Positions 38,065 to 48,337 of a stretch of 64,000 nt of DNA are shown here, piece by piece (the stretch's first letter is position 1; each line of letters starts with the position of its first letter). Source of the DNA: Myxococcota bacterium (GTDB lineage: Bacteria > Myxococcota_A > SURF-8); NCBI GenBank assembly GCA_963674735.2, contig CAXXQS010000002.1, positions 1,248,001 to 1,312,000 on the forward strand, written 5' to 3'. The notes beneath the pieces were generated by a model. That model did not search any database. It saw nothing but the letters and a program-made list of their open reading frames with translations, and had not been told where the DNA came from. Position numbers and translations under genes: made by a program.

Positions 38065-39540
38065 ATGGCCTTGCGCGTTTACAACACGCTGACGAAGAAA
38101 AAAGAAGACTTCATCCCGATCGATCCGCCCAAAGTGGGTATGTACGTCTGCGGCGTTACCGTTTACGACCTCAGCCACATCGGGCATGCACGTTCCACCA
38201 TCGCGTTCGATGTCATTCAACGCTACTTGCGTTATCGGGAATTCGATGTCACCTACGTGCGCAATTTCACGGATATCGACGACAAAATCATCCGGCGCGC
38301 CAACGAACTGGGCTGTGCTATCGACGTTCTAACCGGTGATAATATCCGGGCTTTCACGCATGACATGCAGGCGCTCGGACTCCAGACCCCCGACTTGGAA
38401 CCACGTTGCACCGATTACATCGAGGGAATGATCGCCTTCATCGGCAAGCTGGTCGAGGATGGCTATGCTTATCCCACGCCTTCGGGCGATGTGTATTACC
38501 GCGTGCACAATTTCAAAGGCTACGGCAAGTTGTCGGGCAAGAACCTCGACGACCTGGAAGCCGGAGCGCGGGTGGAAGTGAGCGAGGAAAAGGAATCGCC
38601 GGGCGACTTCGCCTTGTGGAAAGCTTCCAAGCCGGGCGAACCCGAATGGCCGAGCCCTTGGGGTGCGGGGCGGCCGGGCTGGCATATCGAATGCTCGGTG
38701 ATGTCCACCCATAACCTGGGAACCATGCTCGATATCCACGGCGGCGGCAAAGATCTGATGTTCCCGCATCATGAAAACGAAATCGCCCAGTCGGAAGCCC
38801 ACAACGGCCAGCCTTACGCTAAATACTGGCTGCATAACGGTTTTGTCAACGTGCCTTCCAACGACAACCCGGATGGCGACAAAATGTCGAAATCGTTGGG
38901 CAATTTCTATACGATTCGCGACGTGCTGGCGGCTTATCATCCCCAGACGGTGAAATTCTTCATGTTGTCCACCCATTACCGCAACGATGTGATGTTCACG
39001 GAAGAAGGGCTGACGAAGGCCCAGGGGCGCGTGAGTTATTTCTACGATACGATTGCCAACGCCCAGGCTTGGTTGGCGGCGCATCCGGCCGAAAGTGGCC
39101 AATTGCTGGAAGCCGAAAAAACCGAAGCGGTGCTGCCGAGTTTCGAAGCGGCCATGGACGACGATTTCAACACGCAACGTGTGTTTGGACAGCTTTCGGG
39201 TGTTTTCAAGATCATGAACGACCTGATGGCCGGAGGCGGACAAACCGAGGCGGATACGGCTGCGACCCTCGAACGTCTTTTAAACGACTTGAAGGTGATT
39301 GCGGGTGTGCTGGGTGTCTTCGATCTCGATCCGATGATTTTCGCCAGCGAGTTGCGGGCGTTGCGCTTGGCTCAGATCGGCATGGCCGAAGCGGATGTGG
39401 AGGCGCTGATCGCGGCGCGTCAGGCCGCGCGCGAGGCGAAAGACTGGGCACGGGCCGATGAGGTGCGTGACGAATTGATGGCCAAGGGTATTCTCGTCAA
39501 AGACGCCAAGGGCGTAACCACCTGGACCGTCAAAAATTGA
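38065..39540 (+). CDS. cysS: Cysteine--tRNA ligase
   Basis: YVCG.TVY, HIGH, GRPGWHIECS, FPHHENE and KMSKS. Confidence 0.98.
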   Translation: MALRVYNTLTKKKEDFIPIDPPKVGMYVCGVTVYDLSHIGHARSTIAFDVIQRYLRYREFDVTYVRNFTDIDDKIIRRANELGCAIDVLTGDNIRAFTHDMQALGLQTPDLEPRCTDYIEGMIAFIGKLVEDGYAYPTPSGDVYYRVHNFKGYGKLSGKNLDDLEAGARVEVSEEKESPGDFALWKASKPGEPEWPSPWGAGRPGWHIECSVMSTHNLGTMLDIHGGGKDLMFPHHENEIAQSEAHNGQPYAKYWLHNGFVNVPSNDNPDGDKMSKSLGNFYTIRDVLAAYHPQTVKFFMLSTHYRNDVMFTEEGLTKAQGRVSYFYDTIANAQAWLAAHPAESGQLLEAEKTEAVLPSFEAAMDDDFNTQRVFGQLSGVFKIMNDLMAGGGQTEADTAATLERLLNDLKVIAGVLGVFDLDPMIFASELRALRLAQIGMAEADVEALIAARQAAREAKDWARADEVRDELMAKGILVKDAKGVTTWTVKN

Positions 39541-39568
39541 GTTGTAACAAATAGTTGTATGAATCGAC

Positions 39569-39599
39569 GAACGTCGGGCCTGCGGGTCCGGCGTTTTTT
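39569..39599 (+). terminator. Intrinsic terminator after cysS
   Basis: AACGTCGGGCC-TGCG-GGTCCGGCGTT followed by a T-run. Confidence 0.7.
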
Positions 39600-39642
39600 C
39601 ATGCTTGTTTTCATCTGGGGTGGTGTGGATTGGCCGACTCGC

Positions 39643-40536
39643 TCAGCCCTGACGAAAAGCCCGCCACACAATCCGTGCTTCCGCACCCAAATGCATCAGC
39701 TGCGATAGCGCCGATTCGCTCAGGGAGTCGCGCGTCAGGATCGTGTGCAGTGCCAGTCTCCACGCGCGTGAGGCGATGCGCCCCTTTAACGATCGACCGC
39801 GCAAAACAAACCCACCCATACTCGGTGCCATCAAGCTGTGTAACAGCCTGCGTTGGTTTGCGGTGACCTTTGCGATCGAGACCGGTAGCGGACACCCGGC
39901 GGCTTCAAGCAGGCAAGCGGTGGCGAACTGCGCCTGGGCCAGGTTTGCCCAGCGCTCGACCCGCTCCCAATCGGGCGGCATGCGTTCGATCAGGCGGCGG
40001 ACGTCGTCGAGTTGGAACGGTTCGACAACGAGCCCGTGATCGCGAAAATGCAGGGCCAGGGCGATCAGCGTCGCTTCCGTAGTTGGTTCGATGATACCCG
40101 GAAAGGCGAAGGGTGCTTTCGCGGCTGGGGCGTTGTCGAATAGACGACGGCTAAAGCGTGCCGCGCCCAATCCCGTGGCCACGGCGCGGTGCAGTTCCAC
40201 CTTGAGTCTGCCCTCGCGCACGAAGACCCGCTCGATGACGGCCCCGAAACCGATGCGGTTGGACAGACGTTGGTCGGGGGCATACCCCAATGTTTCCATG
40301 TGCTTGCAGGCGCTATCGAAATGGTCGGGATGAATCAGCAGATCCACGTCGGCCATGGGACGCTCGGCCGGGTCGTCGTAGAGCCGTTTTCGGAACAGGA
40401 CGCCCTTGAGCGGTGCTGCGCGTAAACCGAGAGTTGAAAAAGAGTGAAGAATCTCGATAGCTTGCGCTTCGCCCAATTCACCGCGTACAAATGTTTCGGC
40501 GGCGTGCGATAGAGGTTTGGAGGATTCGTCGGTCAT
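39643..40536 (-). CDS. Nucleotidyltransferase family protein (NTP_transf_5-like)
   Basis: LKG, YDDP..RPMADVDLLI and VELH motifs; start moved to ATG 40536. Confidence 0.82.
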   Translation of the reverse strand: MTDESSKPLSHAAETFVRGELGEAQAIEILHSFSTLGLRAAPLKGVLFRKRLYDDPAERPMADVDLLIHPDHFDSACKHMETLGYAPDQRLSNRIGFGAVIERVFVREGRLKVELHRAVATGLGAARFSRRLFDNAPAAKAPFAFPGIIEPTTEATLIALALHFRDHGLVVEPFQLDDVRRLIERMPPDWERVERWANLAQAQFATACLLEAAGCPLPVSIAKVTANQRRLLHSLMAPSMGGFVLRGRSLKGRIASRAWRLALHTILTRDSLSESALSQLMHLGAEARIVWRAFRQG

Positions 40537-40546
40537 GGGCTGCCGT

Positions 40547-41635
40547 TTACAGACGTTCAGTGAGGATATCGAGGATGCGCTCGGCGGTCCGGCCGTCCCA
40601 CAATTCGGGAATGCGCCCGGTTTTGCCGTGGCCTGCCAAAATCGCTTCGGCCTCACGCCAAATCGCGGTGGGGTCGGTGCCGGTGAGGGTGTTGGTGCCT
40701 TCCGTGATCGTGACGGGGCGGTCGGTGTTTTCACGCAGGGTGAGACAAGGGATACCGAAAACGGTCGTTTCCTCTTGCAGTCCGCCGGAATCGGTCATGA
40801 CGAAACGTGCTTGAGCGGTCAGGGCCATGAAATCGAGATAGCCGAGGGGTTCGGTTAAAATCAGGCCCGGCGTGTTTTGCAGCGTGGTCCACAAACCGGC
40901 TTTCTCGGCTTGTGCGCGGGTGCGCGGATGTACCGGAAAAACCAGCGGGACGGCTGCCGCCGTTTGCGCGAACAGCTCGACGAAGCCTTTCAGAAGCGCC
41001 GGGTCGTCGACGTTCGAAGGGCGGTGCAAGGTGGCCAGCGCATATTGCCCGGGTTCGAGCGACAAGCGCACGAGGAGGGTCGAGGCAAGCGCCCGCTCGC
41101 GTTGGGCCATCAGCGTGTCGATCATGATGTTGCCCACGCAGAAGATCTTTTCATCCGCGACGCCTTCGGCGCGTAGATTGGCGTCGGCGTCGGGCGAGGG
41201 TGAAAAGCAGAAATCCGCCAGATGGTCGGTGAGCACGCGGTTGATTTCCTCCGGCATGGCGCGGTCGAAGCTGCGTAACCCGGCTTCGATATGCGCCACC
41301 GGAATGTGGCGCTTGGCGGCGGCGAGCGCACAGGCGAGGGTCGAGTTGACGTCGCCCACCACCAACAAGATATCCGGAGTGAGGCGGTCGAGAACGGCAT
41401 CGAAGCGGATGAGAATCTCGCCCGTCTGCACGGCGTGCGAAGCCGACCCCACTTCGAGGTCGATATCGGGCTTGGGAATGCCCAGCTCGTCGAAAAAGAC
41501 TCGGCTCATGCGTGCGTCGTAATGCTGGCCGGTATGAACGAGGGTTTGGGAGAGTCTGCGCCGAGCCATGGCGTGTACGAGCGGGGCGATTTTCATGAAG
41601 TTGGGGCGCGCGCCCACGACGTTCAGGGCGTTCAT
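40547..41635 (-). CDS. wecB: UDP-N-acetylglucosamine 2-epimerase (non-hydrolysing), paralog 2
   Basis: GARPNFMKIAP, HTGQHYD, GDVNST, MPEEINR, TDSGGLQEE and WDG; ATGA overlap with the upstream gene. Confidence 0.94.
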   Translation of the reverse strand: MNALNVVGARPNFMKIAPLVHAMARRRLSQTLVHTGQHYDARMSRVFFDELGIPKPDIDLEVGSASHAVQTGEILIRFDAVLDRLTPDILLVVGDVNSTLACALAAAKRHIPVAHIEAGLRSFDRAMPEEINRVLTDHLADFCFSPSPDADANLRAEGVADEKIFCVGNIMIDTLMAQRERALASTLLVRLSLEPGQYALATLHRPSNVDDPALLKGFVELFAQTAAAVPLVFPVHPRTRAQAEKAGLWTTLQNTPGLILTEPLGYLDFMALTAQARFVMTDSGGLQEETTVFGIPCLTLRENTDRPVTITEGTNTLTGTDPTAIWREAEAILAGHGKTGRIPELWDGRTAERILDILTERL

Positions 41636-44187
41636 CCCACCTCCTCGGATGCCGTGGGCAGGCAATCGGTATCCGATTCCAGATCGGCCGGTCGATAGCC
41701 GAGCGGCATATGCGCGAGAAATTCCTTGATCTGGCGACCCGAACCGCTGCGAATCAAATCGCGCAATTCATCGAGTGAGCGGCGGATGGCCATGGTATCG
41801 ATGGGGCGCGAGGGGGCGATGAGGATTTTGTCGATCTCGGTTTTCGATACGCCGTTTTCTTTGGTCAGGCTCGGTTCGTGCAAACGTTCGCCGGAACGCA
41901 AGCCGGTTTCCGTAATCGTTGCGCTCTGGCGCGTATGACCCGACAGATACACCAGATCCTCGGCCAGTTCGGCAATGGGGATGGGCTCGCCCATGTCGAG
42001 TATGAAGGTGTCGTGGCCCTGCATCAGGCCCGCCGCCACCAGGACCAGGCGTGAGGCTTCCTGCACGGTCATGAAATAACGCGTGGCCTCGCGGCTGGTG
42101 ACCGTCAGCGGAATGCCGTGCTCGATCTGGTAAAGGAACGTAGGCACCACCGACCCGCGCGTGCCGATGACGTTTCCGAAACGTACGCAGCCGTAGCGGG
42201 TGGGGCCGGGAGCGCTACGTCCGAGCACGATCAGTTCGGCCAATCGCTTGGTGGCGCCCATCACGTTCACCGGCTGGTAGGCTTTGTCGGTGGAGAGCAT
42301 CACGAAGCGTTCCACTTCGTAGCTTTCGGCCAGTTCCACCACGGTCAGGGTGCCGAAGACGTTGTTCTCAACGGCTTGCACGGCGTTGCTTTCCATCAGG
42401 GGAACATGCTTGTAGGCCGCCGCATGCAAAACGACGTTGGGGCGGAAGGCTTTGAAACATTCCCGCATGCGCGATTCGCTGCGAATGTCGGCGATGACGA
42501 GCTTGCGTTTGAGTGTGGGCGCGATCCAATCAAGATCGAGACCGACTTTGTAAAGGCTGTTTTCATCCTTGTCGATCAACATAACCGATTCGGGTTTCAG
42601 GCGCACCAATTGTGCCACGAGTTCCGAACCGATGGACCCGCCCGCTCCCGTAACCAGGACGCGCTTGCCTTCGACGGCGGGGCGGATCGTGGCGTCGAGA
42701 CGGGCCTCGTAATCGGGTGCATGCGTGCGCCGGCCCAGCAGATCCTCCACACGGATTTTCCATATCTGGCTGAGGTCGAGTTGGCCGTCCAGCTCTCGGA
42801 AGCGTGGCGGAACGATTTTCAAGCGGGCCGAAGAGTGACGCGCAAGGCGCAGCAGGCGGCGGATTTCGGCGCGGGTGATGGCGGTTACCGCCACGATCAC
42901 CTGTTCGGCGTGCAGCCGCTGTACGTGAAAAGCCAGTTCGTCCACTCCGCCCAAAACGCGATAGCCGAGAATTTCCTGACCTTTTTTGGCCGGATCGTCG
43001 TCGAGCATTCCGATCAGGCGGAAGGGGGGAGACTTTCGGTTGATGGCCTCTTTCACCAACAGGTGGCCCATTCTGCCCGCCCCCACGATCAGGGTGCGCG
43101 GCAGGACGATCGGATCGGTGCGGCGGCTCGACTCCCGTTGCTCGAAGACCACCCGGCGTAAAAGTCGGAGTCCCACCACGCCGAAGAAGTTCAAGAGCGC
43201 TTCGATGGCGATAACGGCATAGGGAACCTGGCCGTAGTGCAGGGTGTCGGGTAGAAGCAGACGGCCTAGCAGAAACACGCTGCTGACCGAGAGAGTGGTG
43301 AAAATGAACAAGGGAATGTGGTCGATACGGATGGAGCGCCAGGGAATGGCGTAGACCCCCGATAAAAACATCACACCCCAGCGCAGTAAAATGACATAGG
43401 GTGTCAGTAAAATCATCTTCTTGAACTGGATTCCTTCGGGAATACCTTCGTAGCGAATGATGTAAGCCAAGAGGAACATCAAGCCGATGACGACCATATC
43501 GAGCAGATATTGAACGCGCCGGTCCAGTTCCACTTCATCGAAAATAACCAGTCCCGGCAGTAAAATCTTGAAAACCGTCAAGAGGATCAGTTCGAGGTCG
43601 AACCAGAAGCTGGCGCGGCGCAAATACTCTTTTTTGAAGCGCATTTTGCGGCGCAGCACCGTGTTGATGTAGAAACGCTCGTGATCTTCGGCGGAGGCCA
43701 GCAGTTCTTCTTCATTGCGGAAACTGACCGTGGCGATATCGGTGAGGCCGGGTCGCAATTTCAGGATGCGGCGGTCGTCTTCGGTGTAGTAGTCGACGAA
43801 TTCCGGCGTTTCAGGGCGTGGACCGACGACGCTCATGTCGCCGCGTACGACGTTGAAAAGCTGCGGGAGTTCGTCGAGTTTGGTTTTGCGCAGAAGGCCG
43901 CCGATACGGGTGATACGCGGGTCTTTCTTTTCCGTAATCAACGACCCGGCCGCGCCCGTCACCATGGTACGAAATTTGTAAATGCGGAAGGAAACGCCGT
44001 CTTTTCCGATTCGTTCCTGGCTGAACAATACCGGGCCCGGCGATGATAGCTTGACCAGCAGCGCCACCAGCAGCATGACCGGAGCAAACAGGATGAGCGC
44101 CACTCCGGCGGAGGCGGCATCGAAAATCCGTTTGGCGATGAGATAACCGCGGCGTTTTTCAAGCGGCGTCTCTTGAATGACCAGCAT
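41632..44187 (-). CDS. Fusion of phosphoglycosyltransferase (PglC/Bac_transf) and membrane UDP-GlcNAc 4,6-dehydratase (PglF/WbpM/CapD-type)
   Basis: N-terminal KRIFD, KFRTM, DPRIT, DELPQ and VGPRP; TM bundle; GAGGSIG, YKHVP, STDKA, MGATK and RFGNV. Confidence 0.9.
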   Translation of the reverse strand: MLVIQETPLEKRRGYLIAKRIFDAASAGVALILFAPVMLLVALLVKLSSPGPVLFSQERIGKDGVSFRIYKFRTMVTGAAGSLITEKKDPRITRIGGLLRKTKLDELPQLFNVVRGDMSVVGPRPETPEFVDYYTEDDRRILKLRPGLTDIATVSFRNEEELLASAEDHERFYINTVLRRKMRFKKEYLRRASFWFDLELILLTVFKILLPGLVIFDEVELDRRVQYLLDMVVIGLMFLLAYIIRYEGIPEGIQFKKMILLTPYVILLRWGVMFLSGVYAIPWRSIRIDHIPLFIFTTLSVSSVFLLGRLLLPDTLHYGQVPYAVIAIEALLNFFGVVGLRLLRRVVFEQRESSRRTDPIVLPRTLIVGAGRMGHLLVKEAINRKSPPFRLIGMLDDDPAKKGQEILGYRVLGGVDELAFHVQRLHAEQVIVAVTAITRAEIRRLLRLARHSSARLKIVPPRFRELDGQLDLSQIWKIRVEDLLGRRTHAPDYEARLDATIRPAVEGKRVLVTGAGGSIGSELVAQLVRLKPESVMLIDKDENSLYKVGLDLDWIAPTLKRKLVIADIRSESRMRECFKAFRPNVVLHAAAYKHVPLMESNAVQAVENNVFGTLTVVELAESYEVERFVMLSTDKAYQPVNVMGATKRLAELIVLGRSAPGPTRYGCVRFGNVIGTRGSVVPTFLYQIEHGIPLTVTSREATRYFMTVQEASRLVLVAAGLMQGHDTFILDMGEPIPIAELAEDLVYLSGHTRQSATITETGLRSGERLHEPSLTKENGVSKTEIDKILIAPSRPIDTMAIRRSLDELRDLIRSGSGRQIKEFLAHMPLGYRPADLESDTDCLPTASEEVG

Positions 44188-44459
44188 CCCTTGTATCCTC
44201 GCTATCCGAAAGCGGCGTCGGTTCCCCTATTCACTCCATGAGAAGTTCGCCTCAATCTAACACAGGCCACCATACTTGGCAACGTGGCGGCATGGCCCAA
44301 ATGGCCATTTCTTGAAATGAGTGTCATTTAGCCGGAAATCGAATGAAATGAAGTTCTTCGATGGCCTCAAAAGCGCTTGCGTCGAATGCCGACTCGCTCT
44401 AAACTGACCGCAAGCTGTGAAGATTCCAAAACCGAACCGAAAAATTCGGAGCAAATACC

Positions 44460-46142
44460 ATGTTTCGCATGATTTACACAGTCCCCCTTCTTGTGATGGC
44501 CGTTGTTTTCATGTCCTTATCTGCTCCGGCTTCGGCCGCAAGCGAGAATATTGGCGAGATTGCGGTGATCGAAGATGTGGGTGGGGTGATCTTGACGGGT
44601 ATGGGGGCTTCGATGCCGAATGTGTACTGCCAAAACGCCGCCTGCGCGTTTTTTCAGAATCACGTGGACGAATATGATGCCTTGTTTATTTTCAATAACG
44701 CCGTCACCAATATGCAACAGGGCTGGTCGGTCCAGAACTTCAACGAAGGAATCGGGCGACCCCTGTTCGATTGGACTTCCACCTATTGCGCCACCAATGG
44801 CCGCTTGCGTATTACCGTCAGCATGGGCAATCTGCGTACCCTGCCTTTCAACCCCGACGACATTGCCGTCATCGTGCCCTTCTATCCACTCACCGGGGCC
44901 GAATTGATGGCGCATGAGTTCGGTCACCACTGGCTGTCGGCCGTCAATTTCGACAAAGGTGACGGCCAGGGCATGCAATGTCTCCTGCGTGGCTACGAGC
45001 CGTCGAGCAGCGGCGGTGGGAAAAACTCGCGGGCCGACGGAAGCTGCAACGGCTATAACACCAATGATTTCAATCAACACTGGTCGTACAACTACAACTC
45101 CTGCTCGTTGATGTACGGAAGTTGCATCGAGGATCTGGGCGGAGGGCAATTTCATTACAGTTATCCTCTCGGTGAGGTGAAGTACAGCCCGCTGGATCAG
45201 TATCTGATGGGTCTGCGTGCGCCGGAAGAGGTGCCTCCCAACTTCGTCGTGGATACCGGCGATTTCGTCGGCACGTCCTCCATTCCCATTTCCCATTCCT
45301 CGGCCGGGGTCGAAAAAAGCGGTGCGCGCGTCGATGTCACCATCGAAGACATCATTCGCCAGGAGGGGCCCCGCAATCCGGCTACCGACAGCTGTCATTG
45401 GAAGGCGGCCTTCGTGTTGATCCACCCGGAGGGACAACCTCCCACCGATCTGGATCTGCAACAGATGGAGGCCTATCGTCAACGCTGGGAGAGTTTTTAC
45501 GATTGGGCCACCGATGAGCGGGGTTCTTTCGATACAACCTTGGATGGTTGCGGAATCGGCACCGACACCTGTGCGGGCGAAACCTCGTCCCAATGTGGTG
45601 CGGTGGGCGACTGCAGCGAGGGGGATTACCGCTGTGCCGGACTGGCGGTGGTTCAGGTTTGTAGTCAGGGGGAATGGATTTTCTCCGAGGAATGCGGGAC
45701 CGGGTTCGACTGCAAAGACGGAGTTTGCGAACCCGAAGCCGTCGATGGGGACAATCCGACCGATGGGGATTGGCGCGCCGATGGCGATGACCCGACCGAC
45801 GGCGACAAAGCGACCGATGGCGACGATCCGATTGACGGCGATGTGCCGATGGACGGCGACGAGAATGAAGACGGCGATCTGTCCGGTGACGATATGCCTT
45901 ACGATCGCGTATGCGTGCCCGATGAAACACGCTGCAATGTCGCTGTTTGGCAACGGTGCTCCAAGTCGGGCGGGGCCTGGCTGGACGTCGATACCTGTTC
46001 GAGCGCCGAGGCTTGCCAGCCGATAAGCGGCTGTGAGGACGAAGCGGGCGACAGCGGCTGCGGCAGCCTTTCCGGTTCCGGTCCTATCGCTTTGTTGTTA
46101 TTGATGATTATCGGAATTCGTCTGCGGCGGCGAGCATGCTGA
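44460..46142 (+). CDS. Secreted zinc-metallopeptidase-like protein with Cys/DGD repeats and MYXO-CTERM-like anchor
   Basis: Signal peptide; HEFGH (HExxH); C-terminal SGC + hydrophobic stretch + RLRRR. Confidence 0.72.
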   Translation: MFRMIYTVPLLVMAVVFMSLSAPASAASENIGEIAVIEDVGGVILTGMGASMPNVYCQNAACAFFQNHVDEYDALFIFNNAVTNMQQGWSVQNFNEGIGRPLFDWTSTYCATNGRLRITVSMGNLRTLPFNPDDIAVIVPFYPLTGAELMAHEFGHHWLSAVNFDKGDGQGMQCLLRGYEPSSSGGGKNSRADGSCNGYNTNDFNQHWSYNYNSCSLMYGSCIEDLGGGQFHYSYPLGEVKYSPLDQYLMGLRAPEEVPPNFVVDTGDFVGTSSIPISHSSAGVEKSGARVDVTIEDIIRQEGPRNPATDSCHWKAAFVLIHPEGQPPTDLDLQQMEAYRQRWESFYDWATDERGSFDTTLDGCGIGTDTCAGETSSQCGAVGDCSEGDYRCAGLAVVQVCSQGEWIFSEECGTGFDCKDGVCEPEAVDGDNPTDGDWRADGDDPTDGDKATDGDDPIDGDVPMDGDENEDGDLSGDDMPYDRVCVPDETRCNVAVWQRCSKSGGAWLDVDTCSSAEACQPISGCEDEAGDSGCGSLSGSGPIALLLLMIIGIRLRRRAC

Positions 46143-46921
46143 TTCTGGCCTATCACGATCTCGATGACCCCGCTTTTCCAAACGAGAAACGCGGTACGGA
46201 AGCCTATCATTACGTGCTGGATCTCGCCGTTTTCACCGCTCACATGCAGGCTCTGTACGACAGCGGTCGTCCGGTTTTCACCGCACCCGATCTCCTGGCC
46301 TACGCGGCGCAAGGCAAACCGATACCCAACGAAGCGGTGGGGTTGACCTTCGATGACGGGCACGCGTCATTTTTCGAACTGGCGCGGCCGGTGCTCAAGC
46401 GTTTCGGTTTTTTGGCCGATGTCTTTCAAGTAACCGACTTCATAGGCCAATCTCATTATCATGGTCCGGACCAGCTTGTGCGACTCAAGGACGAGGGTTT
46501 CGCCATCGGCTCCCATGGCGCTTCTCACCAACCGCTGACCGGACTCGGCCGGGCGGAGCTGTCCGACGAGCTGTCCCGTTCACGAAATAAGCTATCTGAT
46601 TTACTGGGAGATTGTATTTCTTTCGCTTATCCGCACGGGGCCATGAATCGTCTGACCCAACGCGCTCTGAAGGCGGCCGGTTACCAGGCCGTATATACCT
46701 CCGAACCGGGTTTGGTGGGGAATTTCCCGAACTTTGCCGTTCTTAAGCGTGTGGCTCTGACGCGCGCCACCGATATGGAGAGCTTCCGGCGTTTGCTGGC
46801 TGACGATCCGGTCTTGCTGCGGCGTCTCCGTCTGCGTCGCCTCGCCCTTGAAAGCGCCAAACGGGTGATGGGTGCACAGCTTTACCGCGGCTTGCGCGAA
46901 CATCTGGTGCACACCCGCTAA
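46136..46921 (+). CDS. Polysaccharide deacetylase (CE4/NodB family)
   Basis: ILAYH, LTFDDG, IGSHGASH and FAYPHG. Confidence 0.9.
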   Translation: MLILAYHDLDDPAFPNEKRGTEAYHYVLDLAVFTAHMQALYDSGRPVFTAPDLLAYAAQGKPIPNEAVGLTFDDGHASFFELARPVLKRFGFLADVFQVTDFIGQSHYHGPDQLVRLKDEGFAIGSHGASHQPLTGLGRAELSDELSRSRNKLSDLLGDCISFAYPHGAMNRLTQRALKAAGYQAVYTSEPGLVGNFPNFAVLKRVALTRATDMESFRRLLADDPVLLRRLRLRRLALESAKRVMGAQLYRGLREHLVHTR

Positions 46922-46985
46922 CATTGAGTTCGGCCCTTCTCGATCTTGACTTCGATTCCGCCAAGGATACCACCGAAAACCCAAT

Positions 46986-47012
46986 AAAAAACGGCGGCTT
47001 GAAAGCCGCCGT
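46986..47012. terminator. Intrinsic terminator between convergent genes
   Basis: AAAAAACGGCGGCTT-GA-AAGCCGCCGT. Confidence 0.75.
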
Positions 47013-47032
47013 CGTTGAGTGGTCAGGTTTGC

Positions 47033-48262
47033 TTAGTGACCCTTGGGGGGCATTTTCTGCATCTGGGGCATGCCGGGGGGTGGGGTGGCCTTTTCCGGGT
47101 CCGTGCGCATCAGGACGTGGAATCCATAGGCCGACTTGACCGGTCCGGCGACTTCGTCCACTTTCACTTTGGTCAGCGCTTCTTCGATGCTGGGCAGCAT
47201 GTTTCCCTGTTCCCACACACCGAGCGCTCCGGCGTTCATGATGGCACTGGGATCCTCGCTGCGGCGCATGGCCAGTTTGGCGAAATCGGCCCCCTCTTTT
47301 TTGGCTTCCGCGATGATTTCCTCGGCCAACTTTTTGGCTTCCGCCTCGTTTCGCGTAATCGATTCCGGAGCGTTTTCAGCACCCTTGAACTGGATCAGGA
47401 TGTGTGAAGCGGCCATTTTGGGGCCGTGTACCGGTTCGAGGCGCTGGAAAATGTGGAAACCGAAAGGCGTTTCGACGACGTCGCCCACTTGCCCGACTTT
47501 GAGAGCCAGTACGGCTTTATCCAAATCGGGCAACATGCCTTCACCGGTGGTCCAGATCGGCATTTTCACGCGCGGATCATCGGAATTCTCTTTAGCGACG
47601 GTCTCGAAGGAATCGGGGGCGGCTTTCAACTTGGCGGAAAGCTCACCGGCCAGTTTCTGGGCTTCTTCTTTGCTGCGGGTGACATTGCCGCGCGCCCGTG
47701 CTGCGCCCTTGTAACTGATGAGGATGTGATAGGCGGTCACTTCGATGGAGTCGATGGCCTGGTTGCGGCGGATGATATGGAAGCCGAATCCGGTTTCCAC
47801 CGGTTCCGCCGTCGCTTCGCCGACTTTCATCTTTTCGATGGCGACATCGAATTCCGGCACCATCATGCCTTTTTTCCAGAAACCCAAATCACCGCCTTTG
47901 GCGCCGGTGGGACCATCCGAGAATTTCTTGGCCATTTCTTCGAGTTTGGACGGATCCTTGGCCACTTCTTTGGCCAGATCGGTGGCCAGCTTCTGGGCTT
48001 CTTCTTTGCTGCGGGTGACCGTTTCGGCGGCGCGCATGGCCCCTTTATAGGCGATCAGGATATGCGATCCCGCCAGAGTCGGGGGCTTTTGGGTTTCGCC
48101 CATGTTGATTTCCTGGGCCGGTTTTTCAGCCGCAGCGGTATCGGCGACGGCTTCGGCGGCATCGGCGGCGGTGTCGGTTTGATTCTTGTCGCAACCGAAA
48201 GCGCAAACTGCCAGCAGTCCGGCTAGCAGTAAAATGACGGTTATACGGTGAGTGGTTGACAT
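47033..48262 (-). CDS. Lipoprotein peptidyl-prolyl isomerase with three parvulin domains
   Basis: Lipobox AFGC; three HILI...G[FY]H modules. Confidence 0.9.
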   Translation of the reverse strand: MSTTHRITVILLLAGLLAVCAFGCDKNQTDTAADAAEAVADTAAAEKPAQEINMGETQKPPTLAGSHILIAYKGAMRAAETVTRSKEEAQKLATDLAKEVAKDPSKLEEMAKKFSDGPTGAKGGDLGFWKKGMMVPEFDVAIEKMKVGEATAEPVETGFGFHIIRRNQAIDSIEVTAYHILISYKGAARARGNVTRSKEEAQKLAGELSAKLKAAPDSFETVAKENSDDPRVKMPIWTTGEGMLPDLDKAVLALKVGQVGDVVETPFGFHIFQRLEPVHGPKMAASHILIQFKGAENAPESITRNEAEAKKLAEEIIAEAKKEGADFAKLAMRRSEDPSAIMNAGALGVWEQGNMLPSIEEALTKVKVDEVAGPVKSAYGFHVLMRTDPEKATPPPGMPQMQKMPPKGH

Positions 48263-48337
48263 GTGAAAGTCCTCTCATGAAATAAATTTGGCCACATCAT
48301 GCCTCTTGCGGTCGCGGCTGTCCAGAAAAAGCGACAG

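Noticed and set aside
35370-39540. ispD-ispF fusion and carD-ispDF-cysS order as novelty
   Set aside because: Both are well known and widespread.
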